IMG/VR virus record: IMGVR_UViG_3300045988_166693
Span: 51,420 to 115,419 of that record
Source: a virus
Direction: 5' to 3' (one strand)
Length of the DNA stretch: 64,000 nt
The first letter of the stretch is position 1. Each line of letters starts with the position of its first letter. The notes under the pieces were generated by a model. That model did not search any database. It saw only the letters and a program-made list of their open reading frames with translations, and was not told where the DNA came from. The translations under genes and the position numbers were made by a program. Positions 54,275-63,568 of the stretch are shown here, piece by piece.

Positions 54275-54736
54275 TTAGATGCGCATCATGTCAAGACATT
54301 GTTTCATAGGTATGAGTTCGTCACCAAAGCATTGTTGGAGGAAATTGTAAGACAGCTTAAAATTCCCTTTTACGCTTCTTATTTTAAATATCTTACCTTC
54401 ACACAATGACCTAAGATTTTCATCGTCATTAAGCATCCAGAATAGTTTTTCTAAGGAGTATTTTGGAAGCATCCCAGATATATGCAATTTACCTACAGGG
54501 TGAACTTCTTTAGGAACATCCATTACTATTACCTCAGCAGCAAAAATAGGAAAATCAGTTATGCAATCTAGTAAATCGTTTAGATTGTTATCGTCACCTT
54601 CATATAGGAAAGCATATTTTCTGAATCTACTCCATATCCCAGGTTTAAGAATACGTTTGGCTATTTCTACTGGTTCACCTTTCATGAATGTTTTACCATT
54701 AGCTACTTCCTCAATAATGTTTTTTTCTACTTTCAT
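54275..54736 (-). CDS. hypothetical protein
   Basis: 153 aa with the conserved leader cassette and an upstream hairpin. Confidence 0.55.
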   Translation of the reverse strand: MKVEKNIIEEVANGKTFMKGEPVEIAKRILKPGIWSRFRKYAFLYEGDDNNLNDLLDCITDFPIFAAEVIVMDVPKEVHPVGKLHISGMLPKYSLEKLFWMLNDDENLRSLCEGKIFKIRSVKGNFKLSYNFLQQCFGDELIPMKQCLDMMRI

Positions 54737-54803
54737 AATTCCAAAATTTTAGTTAGACAATGGTATCCAGCGTGCCGATAAAAGCACACCGGAAATGATT
54801 GGA

Positions 54804-55256
54804 TTATACAGTCTGTGCTGTATATTTAATCCATGCCGTAGGCATTGTAGAAAGTACATGCTGAAGATCAGATCTCGTACCGGTCAAAGACTCTTTCATG
54901 ATTGACTGTGCTTTCTCTGGGAAATTATCTATCATCTGAATCTGAAACCATGATAAAGGTTTCTTTTCTTTGATCATCTTCACATAATAAGGAATCACTT
55001 CGCGATGATTGGAAAGGAATGCCAGAATGTTTTGCGTTTGAGGGACCGGATATTTTTCAGGCTTTTTACGTGACATGCGGCGTGCGTTGGCCAGCAGCTC
55101 TTGCATATATCCCATTGGAACCGTACACTTGAAATTGCCTTCTTTTATGGTTTTTATTTCTACCGTTTTACCACACATTCTGTATTCTTCGCTACGGAGT
55201 ACCTGACCGTCATTGATAATACCTGCAATCTGTTTTTCTAATGATACTGTTCTCAT
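54804..55256 (-). CDS. hypothetical protein
   Basis: 150 aa with the conserved leader cassette. Confidence 0.55.
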   Translation of the reverse strand: MRTVSLEKQIAGIINDGQVLRSEEYRMCGKTVEIKTIKEGNFKCTVPMGYMQELLANARRMSRKKPEKYPVPQTQNILAFLSNHREVIPYYVKMIKEKKPLSWFQIQMIDNFPEKAQSIMKESLTGTRSDLQHVLSTMPTAWIKYTAQTV

Positions 55257-55325
55257 AATTCCATTGTTTTAAAAGTTAGACGATAGTACCGGAGGAAGAA
55301 TCAATCTCCCGTCCGGCCAAAGAAA

Positions 55326-55694
55326 CTATATACAACTCAAAACTTCTCTTTTGCAGATAGGAAGGAAATTATCTATTAAATATCTAGCACATTCTTTCCT
55401 CTCGCTTAGGTAGATACTGCACGATTTATTAATATAATCACTCCATATATCTTCCAATGTTACAGGTAAGATCTGCAATGCGTAATTATGTAAATCAATT
55501 TCAACTATCCTTTTATTTATTAAATCAATAGCTAAATTAATAGCACTTGTTTTACGAGCTACGTCTATGTCGTTTCTATGATTGTTATACCATTTTGTTC
55601 TGCACAATCTTACATAATTGTCGTATTTATGAGTCGTTTCTTCCAGCTTTTCTTTTTTAGCTTTCAGTTTACTAATTGTTTTTTCTATATTCAT
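55326..55694 (-). CDS. hypothetical protein
   Basis: 122 aa with the leader cassette (GGAGTTATG variant). Confidence 0.55.
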   Translation of the reverse strand: MNIEKTISKLKAKKEKLEETTHKYDNYVRLCRTKWYNNHRNDIDVARKTSAINLAIDLINKRIVEIDLHNYALQILPVTLEDIWSDYINKSCSIYLSERKECARYLIDNFLPICKREVLSCI

Positions 55695-55759
55695 AACTCC
55701 TTTTATTTTAGTTAGATAACGTACCTGGAAGGAGTATTACTCTTCCTTCCGGATATGAA

Positions 55760-55945
55760 TCAAAAGTTATCAGAAATCTTCTTTTCTACTCTCTTTTTGA
55801 ATTTTTCTATCATTCCTTCAATCTCATACCGTAGCTCTTCATTTTCCAGATAGGAGCAATATGTTCTGCTATTATCAATGCTCTGTAAAATGTTTGTTAC
55901 GGCATATTGATTTTTCTCTGATAAACTAAGTTTTTTTATTCCCAT
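55760..55945 (-). CDS. small hypothetical protein
   Basis: 61 aa with the conserved leader cassette. Confidence 0.5.
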   Translation of the reverse strand: MGIKKLSLSEKNQYAVTNILQSIDNSRTYCSYLENEELRYEIEGMIEKFKKRVEKKISDNF

Positions 55946-56012
55946 AATTCCAATGATTTTAAGTTAGACAATAGCAACCGGAGGGAGTATCACTCTCCCA
56001 CCGGATTGAGGT

Positions 56013-56654
56013 TTAGGCCCAAAGTTTCTTTGCTAATTCATAGTTCTTTTGAGCTTCATTGACTGCTTTTTTAGCATAGGTCAAAGAGTAAGCATGTTCG
56101 CGAGGATATTTCCCGGATTTAAGCCCCTGATGATATTCGGTGGCGACTTCCAGTTTGTGCTCATAATAGTCTATGCTTTCAGGCATTGAAAGATTTATCG
56201 TATCAGCTTTGTCTTCCCAATACTTAGCAACTCGTCTGTGTTCCTCTGCTTTATCCATCATTTTCACTGCTTTTCCAGTATTGTTCCAGGCATCTTCTAT
56301 CATTTTACGATGTCTTCTTTCACTATGATGACCAACTTTGATTGGCTCTCCAAGTGAAAGGAAATCACGGTCTTTGTTGGATTTATCAAAGTATTCCTGG
56401 CTTTTGATGTCTGCCGCATTAGCCCATTCAAGTCGTCTTTCAGCTCTTTTCTTAGCCCATTCCTGCACGTTGAATCCATCTGCACGAACTATAGAATAGT
56501 AATAACATCCGTCACGCTCAAATATCAGATTGAATACGATACTTTCATTTTCTTTCCCATATTTGGTAGTTACAAGGATAGTTTCACCTTTTTCATGCTT
56601 TTCATCACACTTTGCAAGAAATACATTTGGACACAATTTGTAGTAAACATTCAT
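56013..56654 (-). CDS. DUF3560-like protein
   Basis: 213 aa. LGEPIKVGHHSERRHRKMIE matches my recollection of the DUF3560 signature. It has the leader cassette. Confidence 0.5.
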   Translation of the reverse strand: MNVYYKLCPNVFLAKCDEKHEKGETILVTTKYGKENESIVFNLIFERDGCYYYSIVRADGFNVQEWAKKRAERRLEWANAADIKSQEYFDKSNKDRDFLSLGEPIKVGHHSERRHRKMIEDAWNNTGKAVKMMDKAEEHRRVAKYWEDKADTINLSMPESIDYYEHKLEVATEYHQGLKSGKYPREHAYSLTYAKKAVNEAQKNYELAKKLWA

Positions 56655-56720
56655 AATTCAAGAATTTAAAAGTTAGACAATAAGTAAGGCAGTCGGAATC
56701 ACTTCCGGCTGCCCTCTACA

Positions 56721-57848
56721 TTACAGAGAGAAAGCTGCTCTCAGCTCCAGTTCTCGTTTCTTTGAGAAAACCCAACCTGCACCGCATTTCAGCTTACCGT
56801 TGAATCGTCCGCCAAGCTCTTTCAGCTTTTCCACATATTCGCGGGTATTACCGATGATGGCCACAGCCTTTTCGCTATAATCTACAAGCTGCAGATCACC
56901 TGCATTTCCTACGGTTTTGAGGGTTGTTTTTACAGGTTTTTCTTCGGGCTCCTGATAAAGATTTACATCTCTCAGATAACCGCGAACGCAACTGGAAGCA
57001 CATGTGTACCGGTCATTCCTTACAAACTCAGAGTAGGTTTTCGGAATGAACTCACTGTTTTCGTTCACACCGATAGCTTCGGGATGTTTGGCATAGAATT
57101 TTTCTTTTGCTTCCTCCCATACTTTATCAGAATAGCTTCGCTCCAAATCCGGCGTATATCCGATTCCGCCATATAAAGCAGTAAACTCGTCACCGATGTT
57201 TTCTTCGATGTCCTGGTACCCGTTAAAAGTGGTGTCTGCAAACATGGAACAGATTTTACCGACCATTTTTTCGGTCGGACCGTCCGTCCATCTTACGTTG
57301 TATCTGTTTGAACCATTCTTTTTGGAATAGAACTTTACACCCGGAAAAGCACGTTTCAGAAGCACAAGCATGTTCTGTTTGGCTGTCTTGTCGTCATACC
57401 CGCCTTTGCTTTCTGTCAGTATCGAGCCATACTCTTTTCGGAGCTGCTCGGTACGATTTTGGCTGGCTATACGTTTGTTTTTCTCCAGACGCTCGTTCCA
57501 TGCCTGCTGTACTTCGCACTGGTGAACCAGTTTGGCTATTTCCTGCTCGGGCATACGGTAGTCGGGCTCTTTGTCGTCCCAATAGTAACCAATCCCGAAC
57601 TTCTTTGATAACGGCTGGTCGTCCTGGCCTACTCTCCAATATGCAAAACGGTGCCATCCTCCGATTTCGGCCATTTGCTGCCGTCCGTGAATGTCAGGAA
57701 CAGAAGTCACGATAAACTTACCGCTTTCGCTTCCTCCATAACCTAAGAATCCATAAACGCGCTGGCCTACTTCGAGAACCTTTTTACCGATTTCTACCAT
57801 CTGAAAACCATTTGACCAATCCATTCTGTACATTTTTCCTGATTCCAT
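56721..57848 (-). CDS. large early protein with a plasmid/ICE-type C-terminal module
   Basis: 375 aa. The C-terminal EKAVAIIGNTREYVEKLKELGGRFNGKLKCGAGWVFSKKRE resembles a short module seen on polyvalent and antirestriction-associated proteins. It has the leader cassette. Confidence 0.55.
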   Translation of the reverse strand: MESGKMYRMDWSNGFQMVEIGKKVLEVGQRVYGFLGYGGSESGKFIVTSVPDIHGRQQMAEIGGWHRFAYWRVGQDDQPLSKKFGIGYYWDDKEPDYRMPEQEIAKLVHQCEVQQAWNERLEKNKRIASQNRTEQLRKEYGSILTESKGGYDDKTAKQNMLVLLKRAFPGVKFYSKKNGSNRYNVRWTDGPTEKMVGKICSMFADTTFNGYQDIEENIGDEFTALYGGIGYTPDLERSYSDKVWEEAKEKFYAKHPEAIGVNENSEFIPKTYSEFVRNDRYTCASSCVRGYLRDVNLYQEPEEKPVKTTLKTVGNAGDLQLVDYSEKAVAIIGNTREYVEKLKELGGRFNGKLKCGAGWVFSKKRELELRAAFSL

Positions 57849-57911
57849 AATTCTATAAATTTTAAGTTAGACAATAGACCCCGGCAGATTCTCAAAAACC
57901 TGCCGGAATGT

Positions 57912-58454
57912 TTAAGCTACACAGAAGTAGAAATCACCCTGATGGCGGTATCCGCTGGTAAGCAATGTCCTGGAGTATGCTTCGTAGTCGAAATACTGAC
58001 CAAACTCAGTTTGAAGTTCTTCAGGCCATTTCATTTCCGCCATATAGGTGGCAAACGCTTCCTCAGAATCAAATTGCCCTGCGTATTTATCTCTGAACTT
58101 TTCTACGAGCTCTTCACCGTCTTTGATATAGGAATAATCCACAAAGTACATATCAAGAAACGTAAAGAATGCTTCTGTCTCTGTGTCATCCATATCTTTT
58201 GCACACTGAATGATACCAAATATTCGCGGGTCGATATAGCTTTCGTTTATCATCCCGTCCGGTATGTTATTATAGTCCTGGTACATAAACTCTGGCTCTT
58301 CCTCGTCGCTATGCAATTCCTTGCAGGCTTCCATAAACTTATCTTTCGATTCATAGTCGGCCAATTCCATCCATGCGCTAGCCAGCGAACCTTCATTATA
58401 TTTCTTATATGTACCTACATATACGCTTGCTCTGAGTAATTTTGATTTTTCCAT
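57912..58454 (-). CDS. ardA: ArdA-type antirestriction protein
   Basis: ASVYVGTYKKYNEGSLASAWMEL...EEEPEFMYQDYNNIP...FRDKYAGQFDSEEAFATYMAE...YFDYEAYSRTLL follows the ArdA pattern and is strongly acidic. Confidence 0.75.
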   Translation of the reverse strand: MEKSKLLRASVYVGTYKKYNEGSLASAWMELADYESKDKFMEACKELHSDEEEPEFMYQDYNNIPDGMINESYIDPRIFGIIQCAKDMDDTETEAFFTFLDMYFVDYSYIKDGEELVEKFRDKYAGQFDSEEAFATYMAEMKWPEELQTEFGQYFDYEAYSRTLLTSGYRHQGDFYFCVA

Positions 58455-58529
58455 AATTCCTTTGTTTTTAGTTAGACATAAAAGAAGCCGGAAGCAATGA
58501 TAAATCGCTTTCGGCTTATGTTTTTACTT

Positions 58530-58826
58530 TCATCTTTGTATTTTTACAAATGCAATGTTACTATTACTACAATAGTCATTTACAAGATAACCTTTTTCTG
58601 TAAATGCAGCCAGCACTTTTCTTATTACGGAAACAGTTGCTTTACCAGCTTTATCACTCTTATAATATGACAAATTACCATATTCACCCATACCGCAACC
58701 AGAATAATAATATTCAAAACAGAATGACTGATCAGAAGAATTATTTAAACCATCTAAAATATATTTAGCCAATTTGTCTTCAGCTGATTCTTTTGCATTT
58801 GTTTTAGGAATTTCAATTGTAAGCAT
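58530..58826 (-). CDS. small hypothetical protein
   Basis: 98 aa with the leader cassette. Confidence 0.5.
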   Translation of the reverse strand: MLTIEIPKTNAKESAEDKLAKYILDGLNNSSDQSFCFEYYYSGCGMGEYGNLSYYKSDKAGKATVSVIRKVLAAFTEKGYLVNDYCSNSNIAFVKIQR

Positions 58827-58893
58827 AATTCTTTTGTTTTTAGTTAGACATAAAAGAAGCCGGAAGCAGTTTCAGGCTGCTTTCGGCATAGAC

Positions 58894-59415
58894 TTAACCT
58901 TTTGACATTTGAACTAATGCTGCATCCCAAATAATTTTAGCTTCTTCATCGCTTAGATGTGAATGTGATTTATGCCATTTACAGAAACCGTAGCCATAAT
59001 ACATATAGTCCATGGCATTTTCTAATTCGGCTCGATGTGATGCTATAAAGTTTTGCCTTTCTATATGCTTTTTATACGCTTCATGGCTCAGTTTTTGGGC
59101 CTCACTTTTAAAAGTTAGTCCATTCGTTTTTCTGATTTCGGATGCAGGAACGTATGTATAATATTCTGCGATTCCTTCTATAAGATCAAAATCTCTGAAA
59201 TATTTCAAGCCCAATGCTTGTGACAAAACCTGTAATGATTTAGCGTCAACAAATACTAGATCACATTTATTTAAATCTTGATTGTCATATACTTTCATAC
59301 TTCCTGAATGATTTATTATATGATACAATGTCATGCAATGCTTTCGTAACACATATTTATCCTCAGTCATCAAACCTGCAGATTCTATTCTTTTGTTTAA
59401 TGTTTCTTGTTTCAT
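58894..59415 (-). CDS. hypothetical protein
   Basis: 173 aa with the leader cassette. Confidence 0.55.
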   Translation of the reverse strand: MKQETLNKRIESAGLMTEDKYVLRKHCMTLYHIINHSGSMKVYDNQDLNKCDLVFVDAKSLQVLSQALGLKYFRDFDLIEGIAEYYTYVPASEIRKTNGLTFKSEAQKLSHEAYKKHIERQNFIASHRAELENAMDYMYYGYGFCKWHKSHSHLSDEEAKIIWDAALVQMSKG

Positions 59416-59482
59416 AATTCCTTTGTTTTAAGTTAGACATAAAGCAGGCGGCCACCGGATAATCAGCAGCTGCCTGTATGAA

Positions 59483-59731
59483 TCACTCAAGCTTGAATAG
59501 AAAAAGATTATCTTTCCCGTCTAGATCAAAGGTGTATTCCGGTTTTTCTTTAATATGTGAAAACCAATCATCTTTTCTTTGATAGATGTATAAGTACATA
59601 CCCTCAAGATTTACATTTTCTTCCGTTCCGAAATACTCTTTTGTGTTCTCGTCTTGAACAAAGCCATAACAACCGCTATCCATTCCTTCACTAGACAAGT
59701 GATTCAGCAGATTAAAAGTTTCTTGTGTCAT
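59483..59731 (-). CDS. small hypothetical protein
   Basis: 82 aa with the leader cassette. Confidence 0.5.
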   Translation of the reverse strand: MTQETFNLLNHLSSEGMDSGCYGFVQDENTKEYFGTEENVNLEGMYLYIYQRKDDWFSHIKEKPEYTFDLDGKDNLFLFKLE

Positions 59732-59793
59732 AATTCCTATAATTTAGTTATACGATAGCATCCGGCACCGCTGCAAGGCGGAACCGGGAAAAA

Positions 59794-60024
59794 TCATGCG
59801 GCTTTGGCGGTTTCTATCAAGTTTCGGATTTCACTCAGTTTGTGTACATGACATCCGTTGTATGGCTCTTTGCAGTTATAAAGTCTGTTATACACATACA
59901 GAGTTACATATCTCTCATTTATTGGCAAGTCTATAAGCTCATTAATATCTACTTCTTCATAATACTGATTAGATGGAGCCAGAAACCATACACAATTACC
60001 TGATTCTTTTACTATTTTTCTCAT
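59794..60024 (-). CDS. small hypothetical protein
   Basis: 76 aa with the leader cassette. Confidence 0.5.
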   Translation of the reverse strand: MRKIVKESGNCVWFLAPSNQYYEEVDINELIDLPINERYVTLYVYNRLYNCKEPYNGCHVHKLSEIRNLIETAKAA

Positions 60025-60086
60025 AATTCCTATAGTTTTAGTTAGACAATGCCAGCCGTTTCGGAATAAACCGGAACGGCCGTAAA

Positions 60087-60650
60087 TCAGGAAGCTTTAA
60101 TCTGGTTTATAGGGTTGTTAGCCTTTCCATAAATAGCTTCACCATTAGAGAATATACCCAAACATAGAAGTCTTTCAGAGTATTTTTCATATACAGATTC
60201 AAGTTCTTCAGTTAGTTCAGATACGGCTTTTTCTACATTTTTTACAAGGTTCTTAGCTTGCATCTTACAGAATCCGGGATTTTCACTATATTCATAGCTT
60301 GACTCAAGCTGTTCAAGAGCTTCGGATTCATCATAGCATTCAAGGTCGTATTCTGTGCCGTCTATCTCTATATCCCAATCCAGATTTGCATCTGAAAAAT
60401 AACCGGACCTGATGATAGCTCTTACAGTAACATCAACCCAAAATTTACCGATACTCGCTTTTTTAGTTTTCTCTGAAAACACGCATCCAGGATAGCTCCT
60501 TTCTCCGTCATTTTTTCTCATAGAATCCCATCCAAGTTCTTTTAGTTCATACGATACATTATCTTTTGTATCCTGATAAGAAAAATCATCTTCGCATGAT
60601 ACCATAAAGATATTGCTAGCATTTGCATTGTAAAAATTAGGTGCACTCAT
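60087..60650 (-). CDS. acidic hypothetical protein
   Basis: Trimmed to ATG 60650 (MSAPNFY), which sits in the GGAATTATG leader. The track start runs through the cassette. Confidence 0.55.
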   Translation of the reverse strand: MSAPNFYNANASNIFMVSCEDDFSYQDTKDNVSYELKELGWDSMRKNDGERSYPGCVFSEKTKKASIGKFWVDVTVRAIIRSGYFSDANLDWDIEIDGTEYDLECYDESEALEQLESSYEYSENPGFCKMQAKNLVKNVEKAVSELTEELESVYEKYSERLLCLGIFSNGEAIYGKANNPINQIKAS

Positions 60651-60714
60651 AATTCCTATAGTTTTTAAGTTAGACAATGTTACCGCCATCCGTATAACAG
60701 GATAGCGGTATCAT

Positions 60715-61056
60715 TCACAGAGCAAGCTTTAACTGTACATATTGCGGTACATGTTTTTGCTCATAGGTAACAGGCTCCGGTTGTTTGTATTCCATATCTG
60801 CAATAGCTTTCATAAACTCTTTTCTGGAGATCTCATTCCCTCCCTGGCAATACTCTGTATGCGAAGCATTATAATGCCGCATGTAGTATTTACCAGACCG
60901 GTACGTGTAACCGTTATAAGTATATTCCTTGTATCTCCATAAACTTCGCCACCAGTCCATGCCCCATGAACGAGACCATGCTTCTGCAGCTTTTTCTGAG
61001 TTATCATACGTTTTTCCGTAGCGTTGAGCCATGCTTTTAAATTCCTGTAATGTCAT
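60715..61056 (-). CDS. hypothetical protein
   Basis: Trimmed to ATG 61056 (MTLQEFK) in the GGAATTATG leader. Confidence 0.55.
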   Translation of the reverse strand: MTLQEFKSMAQRYGKTYDNSEKAAEAWSRSWGMDWWRSLWRYKEYTYNGYTYRSGKYYMRHYNASHTEYCQGGNEISRKEFMKAIADMEYKQPEPVTYEQKHVPQYVQLKLAL

Positions 61057-61119
61057 AATTCCTATAGTTTTTAAGTTAGTGAAGCTGGCCAGGAAGTGAT
61101 AAAACCTCCCAGCCATAGT

Positions 61120-61485
61120 TCATGCTACATTAGCGTTTATTGAATCTTTAATCCGGATTTCTGTCATAGTATTGAGATCAAAGATGGCCAGCTGGTCATT
61201 TTCTATGCCTAACTGAATAGCTTTTTCACGGTCATTCACAACCAGCGTAGCGTCATAATAATATAAGCCTGACTGATCATCGTACCATCCGCCGATAGCA
61301 TTTGCTTTTCCGGCTTTTATGGCTTCCAACACAGAAGCTATACCAGACTCACCAAACGAGTTTTGCGTGTCTCGTATGGCAACGGCATAGCCAGATGTAA
61401 CCGGCTGCAAAGTTTCTGCATTGATAGTAAATCCGGCAGCATTCATAGCTGCAATTGCTGCAATAAGTTTAATACTTGCGTTCAT
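61120..61485 (-). CDS. hypothetical protein
   Basis: 121 aa with the leader cassette. Confidence 0.55.
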   Translation of the reverse strand: MNASIKLIAAIAAMNAAGFTINAETLQPVTSGYAVAIRDTQNSFGESGIASVLEAIKAGKANAIGGWYDDQSGLYYYDATLVVNDREKAIQLGIENDQLAIFDLNTMTEIRIKDSINANVA

Positions 61486-61553
61486 AATTCCTGTAGTTTT
61501 AAGTTAGTAAATCAAGTTCATGTATCCCCGATTAAAGAGATACACGATACCAG

Positions 61554-61646
61554 TCAGTCTTTGTAGAAAAACTTTTCGCCTGGTTTTCTGCCTATTCTGT
61601 AACCCAGATAGGCAAGACTGATCATCATTAATATTTCCATATTCAT
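61554..61646 (-). CDS. candidate 30-aa membrane peptide
   Basis: MNMEILMMISLAYLGYRIGRKPGEKFFYKD, preceded by the 9-bp hairpin CAGGCTGCA...TGCAGCCTG. It is below the track cutoff. Confidence 0.25.
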   Translation of the reverse strand: MNMEILMMISLAYLGYRIGRKPGEKFFYKD

Positions 61647-61701
61647 ACAGGATTAAAAGTTCGCAGGCTGCATACCGGCAAAGGTGTGCAGCCTGATAGC
61701 A

Positions 61702-61989
61702 TCATTCTGAGATGTATTCATCCCAAGATTTTTCAAGCATACCGTTATTTTTTGCCCATTTCCCATAACGAGATAGAAAATCTTCAAAATCATACTTTTC
61801 TGAACACTTCAAGTTTTTCATATAGGACTTATTCCCATAGAACTCTGATAACTCTTTTTCCCATTCATTATAGAATGAACATTCATGACCATTGGCTAAT
61901 ATTCTACCAGCATAGTCTTTTAATTCTTCATTTACTTTGCCGAATGTATTAATGTAACCACAAGCATAGAAAAACAGTAATTCTTTCAT
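61702..61989 (-). CDS. small hypothetical protein
   Basis: 95 aa with a leader cassette variant. Confidence 0.5.
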   Translation of the reverse strand: MKELLFFYACGYINTFGKVNEELKDYAGRILANGHECSFYNEWEKELSEFYGNKSYMKNLKCSEKYDFEDFLSRYGKWAKNNGMLEKSWDEYISE

Positions 61990-62652
61990 AATTCAAAAAA
62001 TTTTATAGTTAAACAATAAATAAGAAGTGCCATGCGCCCGAAAGCGCATAGCACTACATAGGTAGGGGTTTTCCGTACCACCCCCGAAGCTGGTTATCGG
62101 TACACCCGTGCATACCCGCCTATATGCACCATGATACACTATTTGCATAGCGTTCACGGATACACCTTTCGCATAGACGACCTTTGCAGGCGCACCGCCA
62201 TACAGACACACGTGTCCGCATGGTACGTTGATTCCATAGGCCCGGATAACTCCCAGCCCGTTCCATACATACGCTAAAACAGTATGGATCTTTTCCGGTT
62301 AACTACTCCGGCATACACCCAAGATTGAACAGGGCATAGCACACCTGTACATGAATCCATACGGACACGGCGCACCCTGACTTACCGTTCAACACGTTGC
62401 AGGGCACACCGCACCCATACGGGTACAGTTATGCCATAGAATTATGAATTATGATTTTCGCGGCCCTGGATACCATCGGCCTCTGGGACCGGATGACTGC
62501 AGGCGCACACGTGCGCCCCTATATGCAACAGTAGCACACGTGCCGCCGTATTACATAGGTAGGTATCTTTTTTGCCGGCCGTATGAAATAGAATATATTT
62601 TTGTGGGTGTCCGGGAGTCGGACCCGGACGAATACCATACACCCGCCGCGGC
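61990..62652. other. GC-rich noncoding island with over-represented SCATAS words
   Basis: About 660 nt with no convincing ORF. There are about 16 same-orientation CATAG/CATAC words. TACATAGGTAGG is repeated at 62056 and 62553. Confidence 0.5.
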
Positions 62653-63225
62653 TTATGCCGCTTTGAAAAACTCTTCAGCAAGCTGCAAAAGAATGTTTTC
62701 GGGCACGTCTTTATATTTGTCCCGGAGTTCTTTTGCCTTTTCCGCTATTTGTTTAGCACGTTTTTCCGCTTTATTTGCGGCTTTTTCCTTTGCTTTTTCC
62801 GCTTTGTTATCCTCTTTATTAAATAAATCCGCGTACATTTGCTCAATTCTTTCCGTTTCTTTCTTCAGCTTTAGAGATGACTCTAAAGAATAGAAAAAAT
62901 CACGAATAGTGAAACGTATTGGGATATATTCATAGAAGGCGTTCCCTATTTTTACCTGTTTGTATTCGCAAAACTCAATATTATTTTTATCTGTAATTTT
63001 GCGAAGCTTGCAAAAGACGTTTCTTTCCGAATAGTCATACAGGCCGCAAAGGTCCGAAAGCTCAAGCTTTTTGGTTATCCCGTACATGTTTAATAGCTCC
63101 ATAATTGCCGGGTCTTTCCGGTTTTTATTGATAGCGTTCAAAACTGCAAACGGGCTTAACATTTCGTTTGTCAAAACATTGATAGCTTCCTTTTTTACAT
63201 TTGCTTTAGATACATTTGTTTTCAT
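62653..63225 (-). CDS. hypothetical protein with Lys/Ala/Glu-rich C-terminal coiled coil
   Basis: 190 aa with the leader cassette. It is the promoter-proximal gene of the leftward early array. Confidence 0.55.
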   Translation of the reverse strand: MKTNVSKANVKKEAINVLTNEMLSPFAVLNAINKNRKDPAIMELLNMYGITKKLELSDLCGLYDYSERNVFCKLRKITDKNNIEFCEYKQVKIGNAFYEYIPIRFTIRDFFYSLESSLKLKKETERIEQMYADLFNKEDNKAEKAKEKAANKAEKRAKQIAEKAKELRDKYKDVPENILLQLAEEFFKAA

Positions 63226-63531
63226 AATTCCATAATTTTAAGTTAGTAATATAGTAACGGGTATCGACTATGCACGACCCGGGCAAACATAGTTCACCCG
63301 TTAGGCTACCTTTCGGCTCCTTTCCCGTTATCAATATATCACTACTTCATACGGATATTGTGTTACAGACTAACCGCGCCGCGTGTACTTTGTTCCGGTT
63401 GCTTTCGTTGTGGTTGGCAAACTATGCCAACCGGGAAAAATTCTAAACTATAGAAGTGAACAGGACCACCAACAAAAACGCTATACACGTTTATACGGTA
63501 TTTTTTCAAAGAACGTATTTTTTACCAAAAT

Positions 63532-63562
63532 TTTGTAGGAACAGGAAAAACACGTATCTTTG
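63532..63562 (+). promoter_or_regulatory. canonical Bacteroidota promoter (TTTG, 19 nt, TATCTTTG)
   Basis: TTTG at 63532..63535, an exact 19-nt spacer, and TATCTTTG at 63555..63562. Confidence 0.55.
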
Positions 63563-63568
63563 AACTTG

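Noticed and set aside
62442-62893. ORFs in the GC-rich island (61993..62211 minus, 62442..62681 minus, 62444..62893 plus)
   Set aside because: They have odd composition and no leader cassette or promoter. The plus-strand ORF is largely antisense to a cassette-equipped gene.
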